Assembly (NCBI RefSeq): GCF_000020025.1
Contig: NC_010628.1
Location: 3,870,001 to 3,902,000 of the forward strand
Length of the DNA: 32,000 bases
Source: Nostoc punctiforme PCC 73102
GTDB lineage: Bacteria > Cyanobacteriota > Cyanobacteriia > Cyanobacteriales > Nostocaceae
Direction: 5' to 3'
Position 1 is the first letter of the stretch. Each line of letters begins with the position of its first letter. Position numbers and translations under genes: made by a program. Shown piece by piece: positions 15,495 through 25,600 of the stretch. The notes under the pieces were generated by a model that searched no databases, was not told where the DNA came from, and worked only from the letters and a program-made list of their open reading frames with translations.

Positions 15495-17143
15495 TCAAGT
15501 GATAGCGATCGCTGCAAATCTTGATGTGCGTGTCTTGGCATGAGGCACACTTTGTAACCAAGCTACCATCCTTACCACATTAATCGCTGCTGCTGTGATT
15601 ATGTGCTGTAAATGGACTTTGGCTAAACCAGTATAACGAGCTTTTCGTAATCCGAATGCCCTAACTCCCTGAGAAATTGTCCCTTCAACTCCTGCCCTTG
15701 TGTCATAAATTTCTTTCCAAGAGTCAGTTGATTGTTGAATTCGCAGAGATTGAAGTAATTCATGCTCTTTTTTGAGCCGTAAAGTTAGTTTTCTTGGTTC
15801 AGAAGCCGACCGAGTACACAGAGAACGACTGGGGCAAAGTTGGCATGTTTTTCTAGGAAAACCAACACGAATTACCTGATTGCCCCATTTATCTTGATAA
15901 GGAGTCCACTTTTTGGTGCTTTTTTTGCCCATTGGACAGGTGACGCGCTTGGTGTTCCAATTCACCTTGAACTGGCTAATGTCGTAACCACCTGGCATTC
16001 TAGACTGCCAACTAACATTGGGACGCGCTGGCCCAACAACTGTGACCCCATACTTTTTTTGACTGGTAACTAGCAAATTAGCATCAACATAACCACCATC
16101 AACGATATGCAATGCTGGGAGTAATTTTTTAGATGCCAGAGACTTATGGATTGGTTCGGTCTGATCTACGTCGCTTATTTGTGCCTGAGTGGTATCAACA
16201 TTAGTAATTAGATGAACCTCATCAGCATCACAGGTTTCAGTAATATGGACTTTGTAGCCAGTCCAAGTGACACTGCGCTTGTTACCATAGCGAGCATCTT
16301 TATCATAGGGGAATCCATTCTTGTGCCAGTCGGCGGTAAATCGGTAGCAGCCCGTAAACGCAAAGAGTCATTCTCGACATAATATTGGTGAATCCAGGTC
16401 AGGCGCAGGATTTCCACTGCCGGAATCTGACGCAAGTAGGCAACATTGCTCGTCTCCCACAGGACTTTCAGTAACTGCATCCCATCATTACCGATGATTT
16501 CAGCATATTTGGTTCGGGCAGAAATTCCTTTGGGCAGGTGATATTCATCAAAAGCCCGACTATACCGCTCAAACCATTCAGGAGGAACCCACGAGCGTAA
16601 CCAGTCTGGGGCAACCGTAGCAATGGCATTAAGTGCAGCCCGAAGCGTTTCCCCATTCCCTTCCAGTCGATTCAGGGTACGAATTGCAGCCAAAACATGG
16701 GTTGAATCGGTTCGTTGTTTACCCCTATCTTTTAACCACCCACGCTCTTTGAATTGCTTTAATATCAGCTCTAAAAGTTGTTGTTCCGCCCCTCCTTTCA
16801 TCAGCCGACTTCTGAATTCACACAGCACAGTGAAGTCAAAGCCTGGGTCAGTCAACTCTAAACCTAAAGCATATTTCCAGTCGATGCGACTGCGAACCGC
16901 TTCGGCTGCTTGTCGGTCTGACAATCCTTCAATAAATTGCATCACACAAATTAATGCCAATCGCCAAGGAAAGATAGCAGGTTGACCATCAGTAGGAAAT
17001 AGAGTTTCAAAGTTGGAGTCACTGTACAATGTGCCTATTTCGTCCCGCATCGTTAGATATAAGTTGCCTTTGGGAAAAGCAGCCTGAGCAACTTGGCTAG
17101 TTGACAGAGGAACTGGGTTGATACGGCGCGGATGTAAAGACAT
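15495..17143 (-). pseudogene. IS1182-family transposase with one frameshift
   Basis: The N-terminus reads ...FPWRLALICVMQFIEGLSDRQAAEAVRSRIDWKYALGLEL (InsH_N-type). The frame changes near 16328-16336 (..ATDLPP|ADWHKNGFPYDKDARYGNKRSVTWTGYKVHITE). The C-terminus reads ARYTGLAKVHLQHIITAAAINVVRM. Confidence 0.85.
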
Positions 17144-17206
17144 GGCTCCCCTCCTGTCTACAAAACTTTTTGCTGCGGTAAATCAGCTTTATTAGCATAC
17201 CTTTTT

Positions 17207-17256
17207 CCGTGTGTTACGCGGTAAAATCAGTTAAAGTTAAACCATGTAATACGCGG
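17207..17256. promoter_or_regulatory. two degenerate copies of the palindrome in the tnp/RHH divergent promoter region
   Basis: CCGTGTGTTACGCGG (17207-17221) and CCATGTAATACGCGG (17242-17256). The second copy ends 11 nt upstream of the GTG of the RHH-like ORF. Confidence 0.45.
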
Positions 17257-17267
17257 AAATTTTAGTC

Positions 17268-17567
17268 GTGAAACGAGACATTCAGGGAAAGTTTACCCTC
17301 AAAAATGATGATTATCGTGAAGTTCGGACTTTGAGACTAACGGATGCTACCTGGAAAGCATTAGGCATTACCGCAGAATGTCATGGAATCACCAGGGCTG
17401 ATTTACTCGAACAGGTTGTCAGGTCTAATAATTTGGCATTTCCTCTTGCTCCCGTTCTAAAACAGTCTCAAACAAATCTTCATGTTGAACAACTCACAGT
17501 TTTAGCCGAACAGGTTTTAGCAGAGCTAAAGTTAGGCAAACAAGCTTCTAGTAGTCTGCCAAGCTAA
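17268..17567 (+). pseudogene. ribbon-helix-helix-like small protein gene, interrupted by IS630
   Basis: VRTLRLTDATWKALGITAECHGITRADLLEQVV has a strand-helix-helix pattern. Removing the IS630 plus TA continues the frame as ...KQASSYKSAQKALRRLIELVTTPTTSK*, with the stop at 18880-18882 (about 118 aa). Confidence 0.55.
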
Positions 17568-17572
17568 CTTTG

Positions 17573-17830
17573 CTATGTTAAATTTGGATATAAACGCTCC
17601 ATTTTTCGGCGAGCATCTTTGGTTTGAAAACCCCAATAAACACTAGCTTTTTGCTGATTACGTTTTTTCTCCCAAGCGGCAATCTCAGAAGTTAATGTTT
17701 CTGCATTAGGAATACGCCGTTCTAAACATTGGCGAGATAAAACAGATAATTCGATTTCTACCTGATTCAGCCCTTCGGGTTCGCCAGTTGCTTCAAGTCG
17801 GGGAACCCGCCCAACGCACTGGCTCACCAA
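17573..17830 (-). pseudogene. IS630 transposase C-terminal segment (copy 2), displaced by the same 56-nt insertion (17771-17826)
   Basis: Identical 85-aa product to 4332-4589. Confidence 0.7.
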
Positions 17831-18303
17831 GAAGCGTGTTTAGGAGTATAGTGAAACTCTAACTTTTGAATAATTCGACGTGCTTCTTCTGGTGGAAAAA
17901 CTTCATATAATGCATTGGGTGTATGAATATTCAAGTTATCAACTACTAAACGAATAACATCGGCATCTCGGTAGGAAACATCTACTAAATTTTTCATTTG
18001 TTTAGCAAAATCGGCTTTAGTTCGACGTTCTGTAACTTCGATATGCCGCCATCCAGCCAAGGGTTGAAAACATGCGAATAAATTTACTGTCCCGTTACGT
18101 TTATACTCAAAATCATAACGTTCAGGTTGCTCTGGCTGTGGTGGCAAAGGAAGTCTTACTTCTTCTACTAATTGGTATGGACGTTCATCAAAGCAGACTA
18201 CAGGGCGTTTAGGATCATAAGGCTCATTGTATAAATCCAGCACATCTTCCATTCGGAAAACATATTCTGCGTTAACTTCAGGAATACACCATTGTTCTTT
18301 CAA
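17824..18303 (-). CDS. IS630 transposase DDE part (copy 2)
   Basis: Identical 159-aa product to 3859-4338. Confidence 0.8.
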   Translation of the reverse strand: MKEQWCIPEVNAEYVFRMEDVLDLYNEPYDPKRPVVCFDERPYQLVEEVRLPLPPQPEQPERYDFEYKRNGTVNLFACFQPLAGWRHIEVTERRTKADFAKQMKNLVDVSYRDADVIRLVVDNLNIHTPNALYEVFPPEEARRIIQKLEFHYTPKHASW

Positions 18304-18740
18304 CCAAGGCTTAATTTCATTTTTTTTAAAGTTTGACGTACTGTTTCATCTGAGATTGAATCTATGATACCAACGTTCACTAAATGATCTGCTAATAATT
18401 GCATTGTCCAACGCACTCTTCCTTCTGGCGGATTAGAACAAGCTGTTGCAATCAAAAATGCTTCTTGCTTTTCATCTAATTTTTTATGTTTTGGTGGATG
18501 AACTTCATCCTTTAAAGCAAAATCTAACCCTCCAATGACAAATTTTTCTCGTATTCGTTGCACTGTTGCAACATGCGCTCTAACTATGCTAGCGATCGCT
18601 TGATCCGTTTCTCCTTCGGAAGCCATCAAAAGAATGTTTGCACGGCTTATGGTTCTTGCCTTATGCTTACCTTTCTTAATTATCGATTGCAGTTGGGAAA
18701 CTTCATCTTCATTCAAGTCAACAATGTACTTTTTTGCCAT
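18300..18740 (-). CDS. IS630 transposase orfA (copy 2)
   Basis: Identical 146-aa product to 3422-3862. Confidence 0.85.
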   Translation of the reverse strand: MAKKYIVDLNEDEVSQLQSIIKKGKHKARTISRANILLMASEGETDQAIASIVRAHVATVQRIREKFVIGGLDFALKDEVHPPKHKKLDEKQEAFLIATACSNPPEGRVRWTMQLLADHLVNVGIIDSISDETVRQTLKKMKLSLG

Positions 18741-18874
18741 GTTACACCCCGTTTTTGGCTATTTTACCAATTAGAGGTTTTACTTAGCAAAGTTACCTTG
18801 GTAGACTACTAGCTATAAGTCTGCTCAGAAAGCTTTAAGACGATTAATCGAATTGGTGACTACACCAACAACCT

Positions 18875-18917
18875 CCAAGTAATATATGGACAACCGCCCT
18901 CCCCGTGTAATACATGG
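18875..18917. promoter_or_regulatory. two copies of the palindrome in the right IR
   Basis: CCAAGTAATATATGG (18875-18889, overlapping the reconstructed RHH stop codon) and CCGTGTAATACATGG (18903-18917). Confidence 0.45.
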
Positions 18918-19019
18918 AAAGTGTGGTTTGAATCTTTTTTATCACTGAAGTGCTTGCTGGTTTCATGCCTCTGCAATTCTCACACTTTTCGGTGAATTAT
19001 TAAGTTCGCCAACAGTATC
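18903..19019. repeat. right terminal inverted repeat of the IS1182-family element
   Basis: Reverse complement of 15297-15413. It is 49/49 identical at the tip, with conserved blocks CAGCAAGCACTTCA, AAAAAGATT and TTTCCATGTA.TACA further in. Confidence 0.8.
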
Positions 19020-19077
19020 AGCAACGGAACAGAAAACCGGGATAAGAAAAAAAATCTTGAAAAATCAGCCATTCAGC

Positions 19078-19091
19078 CATGTATATACATG
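19078..19091. promoter_or_regulatory. CATGTATATACATG palindrome upstream of the RHH paralog
   Basis: A 14-bp perfect palindrome 33 nt upstream of the ATG at 19124. It has the same half-site (CATGTA) as the IS1182-element motif. An extra half-site, CATGTA, lies at 19106-19111. Confidence 0.45.
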
Positions 19092-19123
19092 ATATAGTAA
19101 GACATCATGTATAACTTAGGACA

Positions 19124-19339
19124 ATGGATCAATATTCAGGCACTAGACAAAAATCTCAAAGACGACCCCGTACATCAGATGGTAAATTTGAAACTGATTA
19201 TGGAGATTCACCCAAACGGTTAAGGTCAATTCGCTTAACCGATGAAGCATGGGAGAAACTACTAGAAATAGCGGATAAAAATCAAGTAACCAGAAGTGAA
19301 GTCATAGAAATTTTCGCTCGCGGTGGCGAATTATATTAA
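19124..19339 (+). CDS. ribbon-helix-helix-like small protein (paralog of the 17268 gene)
   Basis: 71 aa. GKFETDYGDSPKRLRSIRLTDEAWEKLLEIADKNQVTRSEVIEIF aligns with GKFTLKNDDYREVRTLRLTDATWKALGITAECHGITRADLLEQV. Confidence 0.55.
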   Translation: MDQYSGTRQKSQRRPRTSDGKFETDYGDSPKRLRSIRLTDEAWEKLLEIADKNQVTRSEVIEIFARGGELY

Positions 19340-19500
19340 GTGTTACCTCTAGTTTATTTAGAAAAAAGTGTAATTTTTTACTAAATTTGGCATGAATCCA
19401 TATTTTGACAATCAAGAGTATTGTCTATTCTCTTGATAAGTTTTTAATCATGATAATTTTCAGAATGCGACAATATATAAATTAAATCCATACTTTTAAA

Positions 19501-20397
19501 TTATTGTCCAAACGGTGGTATTTTCTTAAAAGCATGAAGCGCTACTTCTTGGGCACGAAGGGATGTGACTTTAGAGTAGCGAAGAGTAGTTTGAATTTTT
19601 TCATGCCCCATCAATGCACGAAGTTCCTCAACTCCCATGATTCCAACTCTCTGGGATGCAAAAGTATGTCTGAGTTGGTGAAAGCCAACACCTTCTAGTT
19701 CTGGAATGTTTTTAGCGGAGTTTACAAGTGTAGAGTAAGCTGTAGCATAGGAAAGACGAGATACTTGCTGATTATTCGGTTTTTGAGCCGTAAATAAAGC
19801 ATTTATCTGGGGATGTCGGTAGTATTTGATGTAATTATTCAAACAGAAGTCAGTATCTTCGTTGTAGAAACACCATCGTTGCTTGTTCCCCTTACCGATA
19901 ACTTGAAATGAACGAGCGGTAAAATCAATATCTGATAAATCCAAAGCTAGTATTTCTGCTATTCTGGCTCCACTGCTATGTAGCAAATGCACTAAAGCAT
20001 TAAGTCTGGCATCTTTTTTGATAGCTTGGTAAAGAATACTTAATTGATGTTGTGTCAGATATCGCACAACACTATCTGAATTATGCTCTCCTATCCGTGG
20101 ATTTGGTTTACGCCGTTTGAGATGAGAAATGGGGTTTGATTTGATATAACGGTACTCAACAGCAAAGTTAAATAAGGCTGTAATTACTGCTTGATGACGA
20201 TGATGAGTGATATATGATACGTTATTTAAATTATTGAGGTATTCAACCAAAATTTCTCGGTCAATAATTTCTAGCGACCAACTACCATAAAGTTGGAGCA
20301 AAGGCATTAAAGTTGATTCATAAGAGCGAATAGTAGAGTTAGCCAGTCCATGACGCTCTAAAAACTGAGTGACTAATGATGCTAAATTAACACTCAT
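19501..20397 (-). CDS. tyrosine recombinase / phage-integrase-family protein
   Basis: SIRSYESTL (SAM-like N-domain), GARIAEILAL (Arg), HQLRHTFAS, GHEKIQTTLRYSKV (catalytic Tyr). The ATG at 20397 (MSVNLASLV) is preferred; the ORF-track start at 20541 would overlap the divergent gene. Confidence 0.85.
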   Translation of the reverse strand: MSVNLASLVTQFLERHGLANSTIRSYESTLMPLLQLYGSWSLEIIDREILVEYLNNLNNVSYITHHRHQAVITALFNFAVEYRYIKSNPISHLKRRKPNPRIGEHNSDSVVRYLTQHQLSILYQAIKKDARLNALVHLLHSSGARIAEILALDLSDIDFTARSFQVIGKGNKQRWCFYNEDTDFCLNNYIKYYRHPQINALFTAQKPNNQQVSRLSYATAYSTLVNSAKNIPELEGVGFHQLRHTFASQRVGIMGVEELRALMGHEKIQTTLRYSKVTSLRAQEVALHAFKKIPPFGQ

Positions 20398-20478
20398 CTG
20401 ACAAGAGCCACTTAAATTATTTAACTGATGGACAAATATTAACTTAATATTAATAGGTAACGAAGTAGATATATTTTC

Positions 20479-20937
20479 ATGAATGTATCTGTGACGGATG
20501 CGGCTCCTAAGCCAGCAGAGACGTTGAGTTGTTACATTCAACGAGTCCGTAACTCTCTATCTCTAACTCAATTGGAGTTAAGTACAAAAGCCGGAATCCA
20601 TGTCCAGACTATTCGCAAAATTGAAGCAGGAGGAACATCTCGACTCAATCAAAAAGCTAAATCTGGTTTGGCTGCGGCCTTAGGTATCCCTCAAGAATAT
20701 TTAGATGCCGTTGTCAAAAAAGTATCACTTGAAGCTATAACTTCGCTCAAATTTTGCCCAAAATGTTGGACACCGGGGACAACTCTTGACCCCATGTGGA
20801 CTTCTTTACGGTCAAAATATTGCTTTGCGTGCGGGACGCAATTGCGAGATAGATGTTTGAGTTGTCACGAACCAATTGTGTCGCTCAAGTTTAAATTTTG
20901 TCCACATTGCGGCAAATCCTATAAGCAAACTGAATAA
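20479..20937 (+). CDS. XRE-family HTH protein fused to a double zinc ribbon
   Basis: LSLTQLELSTKAGIHVQTIRKIEAG (HTH_3-like), then CPKC...CFAC...CLSC...CPHC (four CxxC pairs). Confidence 0.75.
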   Translation: MNVSVTDAAPKPAETLSCYIQRVRNSLSLTQLELSTKAGIHVQTIRKIEAGGTSRLNQKAKSGLAAALGIPQEYLDAVVKKVSLEAITSLKFCPKCWTPGTTLDPMWTSLRSKYCFACGTQLRDRCLSCHEPIVSLKFKFCPHCGKSYKQTE

Positions 20938-22807
20938 TATTTAAGTCAAAAAATCAACCTAGATGCCAGTTGAATTTTTAAGTGGCGAACAAGAGAAAAG
21001 ATATGGATGTTACAACGGTGAACCATCTGCTGAACAACTAGCAAAGTATTTTTACTTGGATGATCTTGACAAAGAGCTGATTAAAAAACGACGAGGGAAT
21101 CATAACCGCTTGGGTTTGGGATTGCAGTTATGTACCGTCCGCTTTTTAGGGACTTTTTTAACTGACCCAACAGACGTTCCTTTACTGGTGGTTGATTATC
21201 TGACATCTCAATTGGGTCAGTTGGATGCAAGCTGCTTAGAACAATATAGAATTTCCGAAACCAAATGGGAGCATACAGCGTTAATCAAACAACGCTATGG
21301 CTACCAAGAATTTCACTCCCAACCTGAACATTGGAAACTGGTGCGTTGGCTTTACCAAAGGTCAACTTTGAGCGCGGAATCTCCCAGTATTTTATTTGAC
21401 CTAACTACAGCGCGGTTGGCAGAACGGAAAATACTGTTACCGGGAGTGAGTGTTTTAGCACGGTTAGTGGCATCAGTACGTGAAAGAGCAGCTAACCGTC
21501 TTTTTAAGGTTTTGTCTTCACTCCCCAACAAAAAGCAAATTGAAATACTCGAAAAACTGTTACTCATAAAAGAGTTAGCACGTTACTCAACTCTCGACCG
21601 TTTGCGTCACTCTCCGACTCGCGTCAATGCCAAATCTATGTTAGTGGCGATTAATCGTTTGTCGGAAATACGGTCGTTTGGGATTTCTGACATTGATTTA
21701 TCTAGAATCCCACCGACACGAGTGAATTTTTAGCACGTCTTGGCGCAGCTTCTCGGTCGGCGGCGATTGCCCGGATGCCTGATAATAAGAGAATTGCCAC
21801 CTTACTGGCATTTACTTATTTACTGGAATATACGGCAACAGATGATGTAATTGATTTATTCGATTTACTTGTTAAAGGGTTGTTATCGAAATCTAAGCGG
21901 GAGGGTGAACAACAACGTCTGCGAACGCTCAAAGATTTAGATGCCGCCGCACTCAAACTAGCGGAGGTGGTCGAAGTACTTATAGACAACGAGTGCGACG
22001 ATATTAATGTCAGAATTGAAGCTTTTACCAGAGTCAGTCAAGAACAATTGAGTCAAGCTGTAGCTAAAGTCAAATCATTGGCCCGTCCAGAAGATGATGA
22101 GTATTATGATTTGCTACTGTCTCGCTGGCGTGGAATCCGTATTTTCCTCCCTTCACTGCTTTCTCAAATTGAGTTTTCATCTTCCGAGAATGCAGCACAT
22201 ATTTTAGATGCACTCTTATTTTTACGTTCTATTGAGGGTCAAAATCGACCCGACATGAGTGCTGCACCACTCAAAGTAATTACCAAAGGGTGGACACGGT
22301 ATTGCATTAATTCCAATGGCACAATTGACCGTAAAGCTTATACGTTCTGCGTTTTACAATCTTTAAGGTCGGCGTTGCGTCGTCGGGATGTGTTTGTGGC
22401 CAAAAGTCAGCGTTACTGTGACCCCCGTGCCAAACTTCTTAGTGATGAAGCATGGTCAGCACAACGGGCAGGTATATGTCGGACTTTAGATTTCCAACCG
22501 ACTTTTGATTCATCACTCTCTATCTTAAAACAAGAATTGGATGAGGCTTACCGTCGCACTGCTGCTAACTTCGAGAACAATACTGCGGTACGCATTGAAC
22601 ACAAAGATGGAAAAGATAATTTGGTATTGACTCCAATAGATAAACTGGTTGACCCGCCCAGTTTGATAACGCTTAAAAGGCAAGTGACAGCCATGTTGCC
22701 AAAAGTTGATCTGCCGGAGGTAATGCTTGATAATTAATGCCAGGACTGGATTTACCAAAGAATTTACCCATTTGAGTCAGTCCAACAGTCGGGTTGATGA
22801 TTTGCAC

Positions 22808-24159
22808 TTCAAGGGGCGACAATGGTTGCTAAACCGAGCCAGATAAAGGTTTAGAAGGCACAGACCCTTTGAAAAAATGGGCTATTCTGGAGTGCTTATT
22901 GAGAATGAAATATGCAGGTGTCACAGACCCGCTTCTAGAGATCTATTTTATGGTAAAAAAGAACGGTCTCGTAAATTGAACAAGACCGTCATCATAATGT
23001 TGCCCTCATTCTATCAAAAGTTTTTAGAGAAATACCTGAGTCAATCACAGTTAATAACTTTGAAGATGTTGGTGTGGTTGTTACAAAATCAAAAACAAGT
23101 CAGATTAGAAAGGCTGGCTGCAACACTACCTTTACCCATACAGCAAAATAGTCGGAGGCGACACTTACAAAGATTCCTAACGCTGAATGCTTTGAGTGTA
23201 GTGTTACTGTGGTTTCCCATAATTGAAGAGATACTTGGTAAGCAAATCAAAGCTGGCTCACAAGTAATTATTGCACTATATAGAACACAATGGAAAGAAA
23301 ATAATGTGCTAATGGTAAGTGTAATTTACCAAAAAAGAGCATGGCCAATATATTGGTGCTTGTTAGAAAAAGATGGTTGCAGTAACTTCCAAGAGCAACA
23401 AAAAGTTTTACGCCCAGTGATTCGCTTGTTAAAAAATTACAAAATAGTGATTATTGGCGATAGAGAGTTTCATAGTATAGAATTAGCGGAGTGGTTACAC
23501 AGGAAGAATCTCAGCTTTGTATTCCGTCAAAAAAAGGACACAACCTTCCGAGAGAAAAGACAAAAATTTCAGCCTTGAAGCAGCATTGATATTTATCCAG
23601 GAATCCGCCAGTTTTATTTGGGTATCAATTTGACTCAAAAACGAGGGTTTGGCAGATTTAATTTAGCAGTATATTGGAAAAGAAAATATCGCAATAAACA
23701 GGAACCAGAACCTTGGTATTTATTAACTAATCTGCCTGATTTAGAAACTGCTGCTCAAATCTACGGAGCGCGTTTCGGCATTGAAGCTATGTTCCGTGAT
23801 TGTAAAACAGGTGGTTATAATCTCGAAGGTTCTAAAGCTAATCCTGATAGACTTGTGCGTTTAATTTTCTTAATTGCTTTAGCCATGACAAGTGCTTGGT
23901 TACACGGACAAAGAACTAAATTGCAAAAACAAGAATCTTATATTTGTCGCACTCAAGAAAAAAGTCGAACTTCTAAACGACATAGTAATTTTTGGATAGG
24001 TTTATATGGTCAAAATTGGATAGTCGCTTGGAATGAATGTCAAGCATGGGTTGAGGAACTGGTCGCTTCCATTCGCAATAAGCAGAGCTTTTATCTCAGG
24101 GGTTTAAGGGCTATGAAGCTTATACAGAAAGCACTTTAGCTCCATTGTCGCCCCTTGAA
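22808..24159 (+). mobile_element. IS4-family insertion sequence A (1352 bp) inside tnpA
   Basis: Perfect 18-bp IRs TTCAAGGGGCGACAATGG (22808-22825; reverse complement at 24142-24159). 9-bp TSD GATTTGCAC (22799-22807, 24160-24168). Confidence 0.85.
22997..24139 (+). pseudogene. IS4-family transposase with an in-frame TGA and loss of the first catalytic Asp
   Basis: It aligns along its length with the 382-aa protein of element B. TGA at 23576-23578. IALYRTQW stands where B has LAIDRTNW, a D to Y change at the first DDE residue. Confidence 0.8.
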
Positions 24160-24332
24160 GATTTGCACATTAGTATCTGCGCGGTGTTGCTGGCAGAAGC
24201 TTGCAATATTGGTTTGGAACCACTGATACGTCCAGAATTACCTGCATTAACTCGTGGACGATTATCTTGGGTGCAGCAAAATTATATCCGTCAAGAAACT
24301 CTCATCCGTGCCAATGCGCGATTGGTCGATAC

Positions 24333-25600
24333 CTGAAGGGGCGACATGAAGCCTATAAAGCTGACTGTATAAGCTTCATAGCTCTCATCCCTTGTAAATA
24401 ATTCTCTAGTTTATGACGACTTAATCGCATTAAATCTTGAACTAAACTCCAACAATCACCAATGAAATTAACCCAGTTCTGTGCATAAAGACCGATATAA
24501 AAGTTACTATGCCTTCTGTGAGAACGTCCATATTCTTTGGGACGTGCCACATATTTTGCAATTCCTTTACTCTTAATATTCTGACCTTGTAATGTAGCAA
24601 TAGTGTAAGCTAATGAGATGATTAAAACTAAAGCAATAAACCGCTTACCTTCCACATTTGTCTTCTCTAAATTGTAACCGCCACTTTTAAAATCTCTAAA
24701 CATCTCTTCTATATCAAAGCGCTTTTGATATGCCGGAATCGCCGTTATTTTACTATTCATGTTAGTTAAAATAAACCATCCTTCTTTGGCTTTGTTTTGA
24801 CGGTAATTCTTTTTCCATTTGCAAGCCACATTAAATCCCTTCACTTGTTTAGTTTTTGTTAGCGTTGCATCTGATACAAAAAAAGATGTTCCTGGTTTTA
24901 AACCTAAATCTTTTATTTCGCACCATAAATGAGCTTTCAACTCAATATTCTCATTTTTCTTGAGTCTCAAACAAAACTCAAACCCTTGTTCATCAAGCCA
25001 TTCCGCCAAGCTCACTGAACAAAACTCTCTATCTCCTAACACTACCGTTTTATAGTTTTTAAATAAGGGAATTATCTTTGATAATGCCTTAGTTTGTTCT
25101 GATAAGTTACTACTACCTAATTTTGCTAAAAGCTTAAAGTATATCGGTATAGCTCTTTTTTGAAAAATTACACTAATCATTAGTAGATTTTTTCTTTTCC
25201 AATTCGTCCTATCAATTGCTAAATAGATTCGGTGATTTCCGAGGAAAGTTTGAGCTAACCATCGTTCAATTATGGGAAACCATAATTCTTCTATATTCAA
25301 TATTGGTAATGATAGAAACCTTTGTAACTTCTTCCGTCTCGACTGGCATTGAATGAATAATGGTCGCGACTCTGATATTTTCTCTAGTTTCACATCTTTG
25401 ATATTTTGTACTACGTTAATCACCAGCGTCAGAAATATTAATTCGGACTGTGAAAGTAAACTTTGTAGATGCTTCTGGTATAATTCAGGTAATATTTTCA
25501 ACAGATAGGTCTTATTGACAATACTGACCTATCTTTTTTTACCATAATTCGCTCAACTTAATACAGCACAAAGGCTTTCGGGTGCTTGTCCCCCCTTCAG
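24333..25600 (-). mobile_element. IS4-family insertion sequence B (about 1268 bp) inside tnpA
   Basis: IRs CTGAAGGGGCGACA... / reverse complement CTGAAGGGGGGACA.... 9-bp TSD GGTCGATAC (24324-24332, 25601-25609). Excision restores ..RLVDTQTHIPLAKIWGGG. Confidence 0.8.
24353..25501 (-). CDS. IS4-family DDE transposase (intact, 382 aa)
   Basis: LAIDRTNW, VLGDREF and FDIEEMFRDFKSGGYNLE carry the D, D and E motifs. The ORF is uninterrupted. Confidence 0.85.
   Translation of the reverse strand: MKILPELYQKHLQSLLSQSELIFLTLVINVVQNIKDVKLEKISESRPLFIQCQSRRKKLQRFLSLPILNIEELWFPIIERWLAQTFLGNHRIYLAIDRTNWKRKNLLMISVIFQKRAIPIYFKLLAKLGSSNLSEQTKALSKIIPLFKNYKTVVLGDREFCSVSLAEWLDEQGFEFCLRLKKNENIELKAHLWCEIKDLGLKPGTSFFVSDATLTKTKQVKGFNVACKWKKNYRQNKAKEGWFILTNMNSKITAIPAYQKRFDIEEMFRDFKSGGYNLEKTNVEGKRFIALVLIISLAYTIATLQGQNIKSKGIAKYVARPKEYGRSHRRHSNFYIGLYAQNWVNFIGDCWSLVQDLMRLSRHKLENYLQGMRAMKLIQSAL

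Larger units (their letters stand above)
17551..18809 (-). mobile_element. IS630-family insertion sequence, copy 2 (inverted relative to copy 1)
   Basis: All three ORF translations and the antisense ORF are identical to copy 1. TA duplication at 17549-17550 and 18810-18811. Confidence 0.88.
15297..19019 (-). mobile_element. IS1182-family element with long IRs, carrying a passenger RHH-like gene (later hit by IS630)
   Basis: 15297-15345 is the exact reverse complement of 18971-19019 (49 bp), and similarity extends to about 117 bp. A 7-bp direct repeat AGCAACG lies at 15290-15296 and 19020-19026. Confidence 0.75.

Noticed and set aside
15840-16985. ORFs 15840-16073 (+), 16468-16656 (-) and 16623-16985 (+)
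   Set aside because: They are antisense or alternate-frame ORFs inside the IS1182-family transposase gene, with no independent support.
20398-20541. N-terminal 48-codon extension of the recombinase ORF
   Set aside because: It would overlap the divergent XRE gene start by 63 nt, and the extension has no integrase-family similarity. The internal ATG at 20397 gives a normal N-terminus.
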